A stretch of 61,602 nucleotides of DNA, counting the filler, from Basidiobolus ranarum (taxonomy: Eukaryota), in NCBI GenBank assembly GCA_040143965.1. It is 11 parts of 11 records of this genome, joined end to end, with 100 filler letters (N's around TTAATTAATTAA, not from the genome) between each part and the next. Parts side by side here need not be neighbours in the genome. Positions count along the whole stretch, not along the records: positions 1 to 5,520 come from JASJQH010008445.1; positions 5,621 to 11,139 come from JASJQH010008446.1; positions 11,240 to 16,755 come from JASJQH010008447.1; 8 more parts are not named here. One strand, written 5' to 3'. This document shows, piece by piece, positions 1 through 12,034 of the stretch. Positions within the stretch are counted from its first letter, which is position 1, and every line of letters starts with the position of its first letter. The notes beneath the pieces were generated by a model. It was not told the origin of the DNA and made no database searches. It saw only the letters and a program-made list of their open reading frames with translations. Both the position numbers and the translations under genes were made by a program.

Positions 1-261
1 GCTAAGGACCAGCTGCCGCCTCTCAAAGTTGAGCGCAACAGCACGGTTCACGAGACTGTCGAGAACTTCGGCATCGGTTCCCAGGTAACGAACGAAATTA
101 GTCAAGTTCGCGAAACTGTTGAAAAGATTGCTCCATCAAATAAGCCTGGAGTTAATATCGCACCCCAATTAATCAGCGAGGAGACCGCTGCTCAAATCAT
201 TGACTTGGATACCATTCGTGTACAACCAGGATCCAAAGCACCCATTAAGGACAGCAATTGA
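1..261 (+). CDS. 3' end of an unidentified protein (5' partial)
   Basis: Frame 1 is open from base 1 to TGA at 259-261 (AKDQLPPLKVERNST...PGSKAPIKDSN*), with coding-like composition followed by an AT-richer 3' region. No motif recognised. Confidence 0.55.
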   Translation, partial: AKDQLPPLKVERNSTVHETVENFGIGSQVTNEISQVRETVEKIAPSNKPGVNIAPQLISEETAAQIIDLDTIRVQPGSKAPIKDSN

Positions 262-684
262 ATGTTGATATTCAAACACTAACGCGCAAAACTCATGTAT
301 CTGAGCCATTCAAGATGCCAGTTCATTTCTTTCTAAATCACATATCAGAGATTCCTTCTTTCCGCTTTAACCTCATCAACATCCACGTAGCTACATTTCT
401 ACGTTTACAAAAATCTCCTATCAGAGATCATTTGATTGGATTTCCCATACTGTTTTCCTCCCATCAACACGCACATTGTCATTGTTTACTTACATTATAG
501 CTTATTGTAGAGATTGGTTTACTTATAGCAAGCACAAACATTCCTACATCAATAAAAGCTTATTTAAAAAACCTCTTGCATAGATACAGAGGAAAGATCT
601 TTACAGTCAAGACGTTAGCATTTACAAAATTATATGTATTCTGAAGCTGAGCAGAGATTAATCTGCCGCTGATTCCTAACCAGG

Positions 685-3600
685 TCAGGGTGAAGAGGTA
701 CAGTCTTTACTGGTCGACTTCTTGACATGATCATTCTGACGCTCATAGAAAAGAATGTAAGCTGAGGAAGTTACCATGGAGTCTGGATCGATTTTCTTGA
801 TACGGAGGTCGTCGAATTCGAACCAACAGTTCTCTCCTTCGTTGATCGCAAAGGTAGTGTAGTGTCCACTATTCATGTTACCGAAATGATTTACCACGGC
901 GTAAAGTCTGTATGTCGAATTGGTGGAGTTTGTGCTTAGCCATTTGGCTAGGTTTATGAACTCTGACGGGAAATCAACAAATACTTCAAGTTTCTTCCGG
1001 TAGGAATTTGTATGATAAAACCTTTTCAAATGGATGACTAGGACCTCGGGTAATTTCCACAGATCGATTTTCTTCGTCGCTCGTTGATATTTTTGACAAT
1101 TTGAACAGAACCACAAATTCCCCTCGCCTAGTTGTTCCTCTTTCATAAATTCCTCTAAGCACTCATCCAACGTTATTACCTGTTTGCTATGCTCATCACT
1201 TGTTTCTATAGGAGTCTCGTAGATATTTGGCCTGTCAAATAACATTTCTGCAATTTCCAGCTCCCAAGTACATACACATTCAAGAGCTGCATGCACCTGT
1301 GAAACTAACGGCTTATCGTCAAGATATATTTGATAGGCTCTTTCTAACCGATGAACTGAGCTTTTGTGAAACAGTTCATCTTCATCAATACCCCGCACAC
1401 CTCCACCTAACATAGATTTGAAATCTTTTTTTGGGCCTAAGCTACTTGAGAAAGCTGTTAGGTAATTTTCGATTTGTGTGTGAATTGCTTGGCGGATATG
1501 ATACTCGCGAATAGAATCATCGGGCATGTTTAATAAGAGAGGTAAAGGAATAATGCACCGATTTTCAGAGGTTATATGGTAAACTACTATTAGTTTGAAG
1601 TTCTTCGTGATGGGGGATGGCAGATGGTAAACACACAAGGTAGCGCTACTCTCAGGTTCTCTTACCAAAGCGGTATCTTCGAAGAACTCTCTTATCTGAA
1701 AATTAATTACTGAGCAAGTCACAAGCTACAGAATTCAAATACTGCTATTTGTATACATATACCAAGGATTGATACTGAGGTGTGTTAAATAACTTACACA
1801 AGCTAAGTCTAAATTTTTACTTTCTCCTATCACTCTTTTCAGCTCTTCGTACGTGGTATCTGTGGTCAATTCGATTTTATGCTAGGAAAGAGAATTTAAA
1901 TATCTCCATACCTACTGTTGTTTATAAAGTAGTACTTACCTTTTCTGACTCGAGACTTAGTGGCACATATTCCACCTCAATGAACCTCTTAGTCGTTGAA
2001 ACAGGTAAAGTCAGGAACATAAAAGGGTCAAACGATACTGAGGGCTTTGAGAAATCTCAGGTTTAACCAATACTTCATTAAATACAATAAAAATAAAGAA
2101 AACCTCGCTCACTACATACTTTCTGACATTCTAAGCATTTTACCGTGCTCTTATATTGCCCTTGAAACGTATCAACAATGAAGCTATCATTGCGTTTTTG
2201 ATATTTTCTCCAAGAATCATGAGCTATCTCTGTCTCAGCTTGACCTTTAGATTCTTCTTTCTCGATGGTTAATTTGATTTGACTTCTATTTAAGTCTTCA
2301 TGCAAAGCGTCTAATAGGAAGGCAAGAAATTCTTGACAATCCTGTTGTTCATTCTCTATGAAGGTGCGAGTGAAATGATTAATTGTTCCCTAGGATGAAT
2401 CGGCTAATTTAGAAACAATCAAAAGGGAGAAACACTGTATAAATCTGGGAACCTGGAGTATCGATGGATCAACACTGTCAGATTGTGATTCCCAAAGCAT
2501 ACTCATCAACTCGGCGAATCGTTCGGCGATTTCCCCACCCGTCCCTAGCGGATTATTTCGGCTTAAATCCGGTAAATGAGTATCAGCTAGAGATCGAGAT
2601 ATACCCAATTATTATGAGGTTACAGGTAAGATTATTCAATTTTAACTTTACCGAGAAAATAGTCCCGTAGACTAGGGGTATTACTAAGGCATTGTAATGC
2701 TGAGTTCATAAAACAAGTGTTGCCGAGGTTTATGATGGAGGTTAAACCTGGAGTAGCCCTGGAATTTTTAGAGTTATCTTTCGCTATAGAAACGGAGGAC
2801 CATGTATTATCAGATTCGAGATCAGTTGGCCAAGAATTATTCCAATTCCTAGTTTCAACTCCTATGAAATATCCGTACATACTACAGAAAGTTGCAGCCG
2901 TTAAACCCGCAACCATTTCTGGTACCATTTGCTTTGCTTGCTGAATTTGGTCGGAAGTGATTGGAGTGCTGAATTGTCGTGTAGATAGCCAGAACCTAGG
3001 TTCTTCATGAATATCCATGGACTCTACTACTTCATGGTAAAGTTCAACCATGTGGATCGGTTTCCCCACTTTGAGAAGAATACTGCCTCTACCAGGATAG
3101 AGAGATATATGATCTACAATTCGAGTAATGTGAACTTCCCAGACATCCAACATCGTTGATATCTCATCTCCAACGGGTGAAGCACATACTACTTTCGGCG
3201 AGTTAGAGTCCCAACTACTTGAGGTATTATATATTAGATCATGTTAACAACTAAAGAAAAGAAATTGGAACCGACTTACTTACTCTTGGATGAAGGCGTC
3301 ATAGGTCTTTTGGGGAATCATTTCAGCGTCGGTTTCTTGCTTCACATCATCCCAGAGCTCACTTCCAACCAAATTCTCAAGGAGCTGAGGATTTTCGATC
3401 AAGTTTGGCACCTCCCTGGTATCTTGACGTTCAAAGTATTTCTCATGCCATCGTTGGTCCATCAAGTATACTTTGGTTAGGGACTGGGTTTCTTCCTCGG
3501 CAGACTCGATCAAGTCCCATCCCAATGGCTCACCAACCGGAGTTCTGGGGGTGATTTCTGATATAAACTCCTCAGTATCTGATGGCTCAGAGGCTACATT

Positions 3601-3741
3601 ATCAGCAGGTTCTGCTTCTATTTCAGTTTTTGATTTCTCGGAAGTTGTCAATGTCCCAATCGACGTATGATAGTTATGATTGGGTAGGTCGGGTGGTGCT
3701 GATACATCAAGCCTAGACCCATTTTGAGGGTCTCCTTTCAA
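685..3741 (-). CDS. Ubiquitin-specific protease (peptidase C19, USP4/11/15/Ubp12-like), multi-exon; 5' end uncertain, possibly ATG at 4302
   Basis: Cys box [69 protein letters not shown]...[12 protein letters not shown]; His box [34 protein letters not shown]-like [12 protein letters not shown] upstream. ORF pieces are joined by short GT-AG introns. Confidence 0.93.
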
Positions 3742-4998
3742 ATAAGCTGCATATCGATCTGTTCCTAAAGGGTAGTAGTTGTGATTGAGCTCGAAAAGTA
3801 AGTACTAGAAGTGCCTACCTAGTGAGGACTCTACCGGTTTAGAGATTATATCAATGTTCATGGGGAGGGTTTTGCCAGTAAAAGAATTATCAGAAGAGGG
3901 ATCCTTCGGTTCCACAAGAAAGAATCAATACTATGGAAATCCTGTTGAGCTGACTTGGAGTCAGTTTAAATACTTGCCATTGCTTAGTCCTCTTAAAACC
4001 ACAATTCCAGCCAACATAGCTGGCATCCTCTGTTTCATTGATGAAAGAATATGGAGCCGTGGCCTCATCCAATCATAGATGGCCAATGTTGTTTAAACTT
4101 CTGACTTTACCTTGTGTGTAAAGTAGGGAACTGGTTGAATACCCTGTTGCCAATAATAGCACTGGAATCCTAGCCACGTGAAAACCCACTTGGTACCCCA
4201 TCAACGTAGATATCAACTGAGCTCTCACAGATAGCCGAGCGATTGCCTAGTTGAGACGAAGAATATAGATTCCGTCAATTGGTTTTGACTTAACGAAGCC
4301 ATATATCTATACGTGCCTCATATCCTCATATCCTCACTTCTGACATTTGAGAGTCTGTGAATAAACTGTTGTGACATGTTCTGGATCGACTGATATTTTG
4401 TGTGATGGCATTGAGAGGAGCTGCGGAGAAGGGTAGAGAGGGGCGCCATTTGCCACTCTATCCAACCCTTCTACCACACTCCACCATTTCAAGCGCGGTT
4501 TCACCTCACTCAGCCTACATACATGGCTTAGAGAACTGAGTCCAAGAGCGTGGGACCCATAGCCCAAATGAGAGTGCTGGCGATGTATTAGGTAACCGAG
4601 GAGAATAAACCATGAGCCAGTTAGGCAGTCATGGTACATCTGCTATTACGCTTGGCCCAAAGCGCACCGCATTGCTTAGTTAATTAGATTTTGGCTTCTA
4701 CCAACTCGATGCTTTCAGGAATCATGATATGCAAGTTTATTATTGTGATCTTGTCCGAGGTCAAAGGATGCCAATGGGCATTTCGCTCGGGTGGATGGTA
4801 TATTACAGAGAGATCTAGACCACTTGTGATCAGTAGATAGATTGCACAAGGCACCGATTTGTGACTTCATTGTGTCATATTTTATTATAGCAAGTGGGAC
4901 ATTAACCAAGTGCAGAACAAACATGCCACAACTGTATATTCATGAAATGATGCTATAATGTGATATTACAAAGATTGCGTTCAGCCAGTAAAGCTTCG

Positions 4999-5385
4999 TT
5001 AGATGTGGTTGCTCCAGGAGACCAGTTTCTCACAGGGTATATCGAAGTCTCCTAGGGCATTTTTTCTCCCTTTCAACACGTCAACCACAAAACTTACCTT
5101 CAACTCTCCGTAATAGTGCGGGAAGAGAGTCTGATTCTCTGAGCCAGACTTCGCTTGCTCCCATCGGGTTTCTTTAGATATCTTGGCGTAATCAATCTTT
5201 AGGACCCAAACTTCTCGAAAAAAGGTGAACTTCCGTTGGATGATATCCAGGACCTGCTCAGCCAATGCGAGATGAATAAACCCAGTGTCTTCATCAATGG
5301 CTGATCGTTCAATCGCTTTGTTGGGGTCTCCGCTGAATGGCACTAGATCAGGGAGTACTATTTTATAGACGTAGTTGGGATTCAT
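4999..5385 (-). CDS. DUF952 domain protein (128 aa, single exon)
   Basis: ATG at 5385. YVYKI...IDEDTGFIHLA..EQV...RWE...LFPHYYGEL matches the DUF952 motif pattern. Confidence 0.85.
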   Translation of the reverse strand: MNPNYVYKIVLPDLVPFSGDPNKAIERSAIDEDTGFIHLALAEQVLDIIQRKFTFFREVWVLKIDYAKISKETRWEQAKSGSENQTLFPHYYGELKVSFVVDVLKGRKNALGDFDIPCEKLVSWSNHI

Positions 5386-5520
5386 CAAGGGAAGGAGTGC
5401 GTTCGTGATTTTTTTTATGGGGGTTTTTTGGGAATTGTAAATGTTCAACCCCAACAAAATGCCATTTTAGGTAGAAAGCGGCGCAATCACCCTAAAGCCA
5501 GGCACAAACAAAAAAAGCGG

Positions 5521-5620
5521 NNNNNNNNNNNNNNNNNNNNNNNNNNNNNNNNNNNNNNNNNNNNTTAATTAATTAANNNNNNNNNNNNNNNNNNNNNNNN
5601 NNNNNNNNNNNNNNNNNNNN
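5521..5620. other. Artificial contig linker (first of 10)
   Basis: N44-TTAATTAATTAA-N44 (stops in all six frames). Identical linkers at 11140-11239, 16756-16855, 22370-22469, 27982-28081, 33593-33692, 39203-39302, 44811-44910, 50415-50514 and 56010-56109. Contig lengths fall monotonically from 5520 to 5493. Confidence 0.98.
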
Positions 5621-5797
5621 CCTCAAATTTTCACCCATGCTTAACAGGCATGTTTGTTATGATCTAAGCATGTCCAATAGTCCTATTTCATATTAAACTA
5701 TAAATAGGACATATTCAATTCAATAAAACTTCAGTGTCTAATTCACAAACCCAAATCTTGTCCAAAACACTTCCAAATCCCCTAAACACTTTGATCA
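5621..5797 (+). mobile_element. Copia LTR family A, 3' part (cut by contig start)
   Basis: Reverse complement of the LTR at 34250-34601; ends ...CTTTGATCA; abuts RNase H sequence of an oppositely oriented element. Confidence 0.8.
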
Positions 5798-8636
5798 ATA
5801 GCTTCTTGTGTAGTAGCAGAGGCTGCCATATACTCTGTATCTATATTTGAAAGTGCTATGGTTGGTTTCTTCTTACTATTCCAAGTTATATCTATCATAA
5901 TACAACTCCAATTATCTTCAAAAACAGTAATAGCACACATATGCATACATTAAGTTGTTATACAATTTCTTCAACTACATAGCTTCTTGTGTAGTGGAAA
6001 AGGTAGCCATATAATTTGTTTCAATAGTAGGATGTCCTATAGTTGGTTGCTTCTGACTATTCCAAATTATAGCTTCATAACTATAGAGCAAAGTGTACCC
6101 AGTTTTTGACTTCTATCATCAAGATTTCTTCCCCAGTATGCATCACTGTGCCCTTCAAAATAAGTGCTCTGGGTGTGCCAAATGTTTCTGCAACTCAATC
6201 TATAGCTTCTCTATTGTACATGAATATTTGCTTTACTACAATTTTGTGCTTGGATCCGGGAATTTGGAGATGTTGGCTGACAGTTCCCATAGCCATAGCA
6301 TTGTATGGACATGTACCAACCATTGAAACTATTAAATTACCCACCATGGACTGATAAGGTAACCCCTGGCTTTGATTTGAGTTGATTTGGGCCATATCCA
6401 ATGAAATATTGATTAATTTAACATTGGTATCCATTAGTGTTGATACAGGCTTGCTATTCTCTATGCTGAAGTGCTTTCAGATGTCTAAGATGTGTCCAGT
6501 CTGATTTGGGATGGTTCTCACATTGGGTTTCTATCACTTGATTTTGGTTCCAAGGAATTAACTGAATTCACCTATATCAGTGTGCTAAATTTGCTTGACA
6601 AGCTGATTTTGGTCTGAAGAAGTGTTTCCAGAACTTTTAGAGCTATAATCAAGTCATCCATATATAGCAACAAGAAAAAAATACTATTTCCTGCTGCTTT
6701 GATGTCAATACTGTGATCTGCTGTGCATTTTTGTAATTCAAGTGATTCCAAATAGATATTCATCTTGTTGCACCGTACCCTGGGTGCTTGCTTGAATCCA
6801 TATGACAATTTTTCCACTTTACAGACCATATCAGGGTTTTTGGGTCAACAAATCCATTTGATTGGTCCACATAGATGTCTTCTTCCAGATACTCCATTCA
6901 GCAAAGCTGGGTGTACATCCATTACAGGTAAATCAAGGTTATAGTTGGCTGTGAGTGCCAGGATTTAACAAATCAAGCCAAACTTAGCTGCTGGAGCAAA
7001 AGTTCCATTAACATCAATTCCTAGAGTTTTGTAATAGCCATTTGCAACTAATCTTGTTTTGAGCCATTCAACAGATCCATCAGCTTTGTGTTTAACTTTA
7101 TAGACTCATTCTCAATTTATTGACATTTTTTCTGATGGTAGCAGACATAAAATGTATAAATTAATGCCCTGCAGTGGACAATATTTGTTAGACAATTTTT
7201 TTAATAATTTTGATTCCGGATACTCCAGAACTTGATACAGAGTCTGTGGTGGGTCGGAATGCTGCATTGGCATATATATCACCATTGGAAGTATTCCACT
7301 AGTTCCCATGCTTAGTCCTTCTTCTTAGCACACTTTAAGATCTGCAATTTCTGTTGCATTGGGCTCAGTTACAGTTAGAATTTTGTCACAAACTTCCTGA
7401 ATAGTGCTGGTTATGTTTTTTAGATTAAGAACTTCAATTTGAGGTGACATGTATTCTCTTTCATGAAAAAACACATCTCTGCATCTAATCAGCTTTGAAT
7501 CTTTGGTGTGAAACAGTGTGTAGGCTTCAGAGCCATCACAGTAACAAAGAAGAATGCATTTACTGCTTTCAGGTTCTAATTTAGAACATTTTTGAGCTAG
7601 ATTTAGGAACATGCTATGCAACCCAAGACTCTGAGGTGATCCACACTTGGTTTTGATCCAAGTATGGTAACAAATGGAGTAAAATATTGCAGTAATCTTG
7701 TTTGGCATCTGTCTGGCATCTGTCTTTGTGACAAATTTAGCCCAAAATTGCTAATCCAACTTTGGATCATATAAGATTGCTTTTGTCATATCCACAATGG
7801 TCCTACTAGCATGCTCTGAAACTTGATTTGGCTGTAGAGTATAAGGTGCAATAGTTTGTTGCTTAATGTTTAGAACAAAAACTAGTAAAGTATTTTTAGC
7901 GGTATTCTCAATCATCATCAATCCTGAGCACCCTTGATTTTGGCGCTGATTTATTCTCTGCCATTGCTTTTTAGTGCCTGAACATAGCAAGGGCTTTGGA
8001 TTTTGATTTGACAGAGAATATCCAAGTCCATCATGTTTTGTCACCAAAAACGGTCATAAAGCACCTGTTGCCATTGAGTGAGACAATATTCACAGGCCCA
8101 TATAGGTCAGAATGATGCAGGCAACATTTTTGAGTGAGTTTGGTGTCTCCAGAGCTTGATAATGGCTGGCTGTGATGCTTTTCATATTATCAACCTTCAA
8201 ATAGACCCAATTTGGTGATAAATTCAATTTCTCTACCTGTAACAAGCTGACTTCTGCATTGAGAGTAATACTCAGCTAAGATATAACCTATTAGGCAGAT
8301 CTTTTGACTTATATAGTCTCTCAAGTTTTTTTCCATGCAGTTATGACATTTTTGGCTGACTTTAAGTGCCTTAATAGAGAGTCTCCAAGATGTAGACAAA
8401 GTGTAGGGAGTGCATTCCTCTGCTTATTGCAAAGGCACAGATAGCTTTTGGTGATCCCATTGACTCTGTTTCTTCTCCTGTAAAAAATCCCTAAAGGGCC
8501 TTTTCTTGTAGTACCATTTACATGTTGAACTTCCAAAAGGTCAAAGTATTCACCTGCAAGTTTCTCTTTGGAAACCGGAGCACTGGCAATAGTACTATTA
8601 GATATTCCTTTATTAGCTAACATGGTGCTCTTAATG
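5798..8636 (-). mobile_element. Degenerate, internally deleted Ty1/copia element (gag start, integrase, RT, RNase H)
   Basis: Gag remnant (EKLAGEYFDL...ALPTLCLHL); integrase HSDLYGPV, KLEPESSKCILLCYCDGSEAY, RCRDVFFHE; RT LSYGFKQAPR, LLLYMDDLII, PYQSMVGNL; RNase H WNSKKKPTIALS. Many stops and frameshifts. Confidence 0.92.
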
Positions 8637-9230
8637 CAATAAAATCATTTAAGGGATTTGGAAGTGTTTTAGGCAAGATTTGGACTTGCAAACTATACAC
8701 TTGAGGTTATATCATTATATAGGTCCAACTTACATTTTACTATGATATAAAGATATTATTAGATCAGAAGAAACTTGCATGTAAGAAATGGGTGAAAATT
8801 TGAGATGATTTGGTGAAGATTTTCAAAAATTGTAGAAATTGGTAAAAGTGATGGAGGGTACTGAGGAGCCATATTTCTTGGGAATGAAAGAGTGCTTTGA
8901 GGATTTAAAAAATTTTGAACAAGATTTGGTTTTGTTAAATAGACACTGGAGATTTTTTGATTAAATATATCTTACTTGTGATTTGTAATGAGATATATCA
9001 ATATATGAGTTCAGCAGATGGCAAAAATGACTGTAAGGCATGGGTGAAAATATGAGGTGATTTGGAGAAGTTTTGAAAAATTGTAAGAATTGGTGAAAGT
9101 GCTCTAACTGATGTACACATCCATTAGTGTGATAAACACACATTTTTGAATATCAGAATTCAGTGCTGAACATCAAAACATCAAAAAACTAACAATTAAA
9201 TAATTAGTAGCAATTTATCTTATTTCAGCA
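8637..9230 (-). mobile_element. Family A LTR sequence: truncated copy (~8637-8850) in tandem with a complete copy (~8885-9230)
   Basis: Both segments align to 34250-34601 (gatttggaagtgtttt...atgggtgaaaat.tgag.tgatttgg). They lie directly upstream of the minus-strand gag. Confidence 0.75.
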
Positions 9231-11139
9231 CCTAGTTGTCTTCAAAATTATCAGTTATCACTTTTGAATGCATGATAGATAACATCAGTCAGTTTAATTT
9301 GGTCAACTATAGTGTGAAGAAAGTCCTGGATATTGTTCTCAAGATGATGGCAGAATTGTTGGAGCAAAGTCAGTTCTCCCCATTCATGAACTTAGTCCAG
9401 AATACAGGATTCTGCAGCATAAGTTAATGCAGACAATGCTCCTATTCTTAGCACAGAGATACAGGAAGCTCTAGTTCTCTCCTTGTCTGCATGTCAAAGT
9501 TTTATTACTTCAAGGTAAGCAAGGAAAGCAAAGAGCTGGCAAACAGTGGAGGTTGACTTTCTATCAAATGTGTGAACCAAAGTAGGGCTGCTCTCAATAG
9601 GAAGGTCTATATCAGGCCTGCTTTCATTTGATCAACAGAATAGTGAAGAAGTTGTAGCTATAAGATGGCTTGACTTGACCTGGTTAATAGAAGCAAGCAG
9701 TTTTAATAAAATCAACAAATTGTATTCTGAGCATGTAACCTTGGCCAAAGCAGGTGAATAAAGCGGTAAAATGTGGCATAGACAATAAGGCCACATTGGG
9801 GAACAAAACAGACCCAAATGATCTGCAATCAGCTTGTTTCAGGCTTGGTTATTGAAAATATTACTAAATTGGATCTGTGTGAAGGTTGCATATATGGAAA
9901 ACATCACAGACAGCCGTTTTCAGGCTCTGGAGAGGTCAAATCCACCAAGAATTTTGCCTTGATTCATTCTTACCTATGTGGGCCAATGAAAAATGTCTCA
10001 CTAGGTGGGAAAAGGTACTTCATGACCTTTATGATGACAAACAAGATATACTTGGGTATTCTTTCTCAAATCAAATTCTGAAGCCTTAGCAGCAGTCAAG
10101 CACTACAAAGCAGTGGTAGAGAGAGAATCAACACAAAAAACAGGGTAGTAAGGATGGATAATGGTGGAAAATACAGCTCTAAAGACTTTGCTACTTTTTT
10201 CTGTAAACATGAAATTAAGCAACAAACTACTGTACGTTATACTTCACAGCTAAATCAAGTTCCAGAATGTGCTAATAGGACCATAGTGGAAATAGCAAAG
10301 ATCACTACTACATGATCAAAAGTTAGATTACCGTTATTGGGCTGAATCTGTCTCCACTGCAGTCTAGATCTAAAACAGATGCCCAACAAGATTGTTACAA
10401 AATTCTACTCCATTTGAAGTCCTATATGAATCAAAACCAAGTGTGGATCATCTCAGGATCTTTGGTTGCACAGCATATTGACTAATTCCAGCTCAAAAAT
10501 GGTCAAAATTGGAACCCAAAAGCAAAAAATGCATATTTCTTGGTTACTGTGATGGATCCAAGGCCTACAGACTATTTGATACCAAAAATCAGCAGTTAAT
10601 CAAGTGCAGAGATGTGGTTTGGATGAAAAGGCAAATTTTTCACCTCAAATTGCAGTTCTTGATACAGAAAACATAATCAGCACTATTCAGGAAGTGTCTA
10701 AAGGAATTCCAGCTGGACCTGAGCCCTGTTTAACCAAAATTCCAGTCCCAATTACATCAAAGGTTGATTCGGGACCCAGAAGATCATCCAGAGGGAGAAA
10801 TATGCCAGGAAATTTGTGGAACACTTCCACTGGTGATATATATGCTTATGCTGCATTCTGTGACAAGCTACAGACTCTCAATCAAGCTCTGGAGTGTCCA
10901 GAATTAAACTTACGGGAAAAAGCAATGTCAGATGAGTTTACTGCACTTCAGAACAATACACATGTGTTTTAAATCCTCCTCCATCAGGAAGAAGCCAACA
11001 GGTTGCAAATGGGTACACAAAGTCAAAACAAGCTGATGAAACCATAGAAAGGTACAACGCAAGATTAGTTGCAAAAGGCTATTCCCAGACTCCAGGAGTT
11101 GATTTTAATGGAACTTTTGCTCCAGTAGCTAAGTTTAGG
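9231..11139 (+). mobile_element. Degenerate Ty1/copia element (gag remnant, GAG-pre-integrase, integrase, start of RT), cut by contig end
   Basis: MWHRQ*GHIG...[110 protein letters not shown]. Confidence 0.92.
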
Positions 11140-11315
11140 NNNNNNNNNNNNNNNNNNNNNNNNNNNNNNNNNNNNNNNNNNNNTTAATTAATTAANNNNN
11201 NNNNNNNNNNNNNNNNNNNNNNNNNNNNNNNNNNNNNNNCAAAACCTTCTTTTTATTCGATTTAGGAATTCTCAAGATATCGAGCGTAGATCTGATATAA
11301 CAAAAAAATAAGATA

Positions 11316-11388
11316 CAAGCTAAGGAAACCAACTAAGACCAAGCTAAGGAGACCAACTAAGGCCAAGCTAAAGAAAATCAACTGAGGC
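11316..11388 (+). repeat. 24-nt tandem repeat x3 (CAAGCTAAGGARACCAACTAAGRC)
   Basis: Three successive, progressively diverged copies read directly. Confidence 0.8.
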
Positions 11389-11408
11389 CGAACTAGAGAT
11401 ACAAAATG

Positions 11409-11507
11409 TGAATCCATTACAACTATGAATCCATTACAACTATGAATCCATTACAACTATGAATCCATTACAACTATGAATCCATTACAACTATGAATCC
11501 ATTATAA
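11409..11507 (+). repeat. 17-nt tandem repeat TGAATCCATTACAACTA, 5 perfect copies plus 1 partial
   Basis: Copies start at 11409, 11426, 11443, 11460, 11477 and 11494, with no spacers. Confidence 0.95.
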
Positions 11508-12034
11508 CCCATCTTCTGCAGAGTACACTGATTATACTGTATGACAAACTGTAATGATATCGTTGATTCATGACAAACTCTAATGATACCGTTGATTCTC
11601 AGGGATTATACTGTATGACAAACTCTAATCCCGCTCTATGTAATACTTATGCCAACCTGAGTCAATTTCACTTAAAACTTGTGTAACAATTTTGTGTACA
11701 TAACCACGTAAGTAGAGCCTCCGGTTTTCTTGATTAATGTTGCCAGTATGATGCTCATTGAGAATTTCTAAAACTATGTACAACAACATTTGATCATTCT
11801 TAAGTGGAATAAGCGAGCCACTCAGACAAAAGGATAAGAGCACGCGGATAGTTATAAACATCGAGTCGCCTATTCCTACAGGAAGAAGGTCGGACCCAAT
11901 GATAGTAGCCATTGATACCACGCCTCAGAAATACTGTCCTATGTTTATAGCCGCACTATAAAACTTCGGTGCTATCTCGTCTAAGTGTAGTTCAACAAAA
12001 GTCTACTGAGTGTTACCTCTGTTAGAGAAGCAGC

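Noticed and set aside
3920..3930. In-frame TGA upstream of the USP exons as a selenocysteine codon
   Set aside because: Not at a catalytic Cys position, the exon model is unresolved and no SECIS was recognised.
5505..5520. A-run plus GCGG at the contig end as the 3' end of a Pol III RNA on the minus strand
   Set aside because: Too little sequence before the gap to identify anything.
5565..5576. Periodic TTAATTAATTAA palindrome about every 5.6 kb
   Set aside because: Synthetic linker inside N runs, not biological. ORFs ending in X runs are artefacts of it.
11409..11507. 17-nt array as a CRISPR
   Set aside because: Head-to-tail repeats with no unique spacers, no cas genes and a eukaryotic context.
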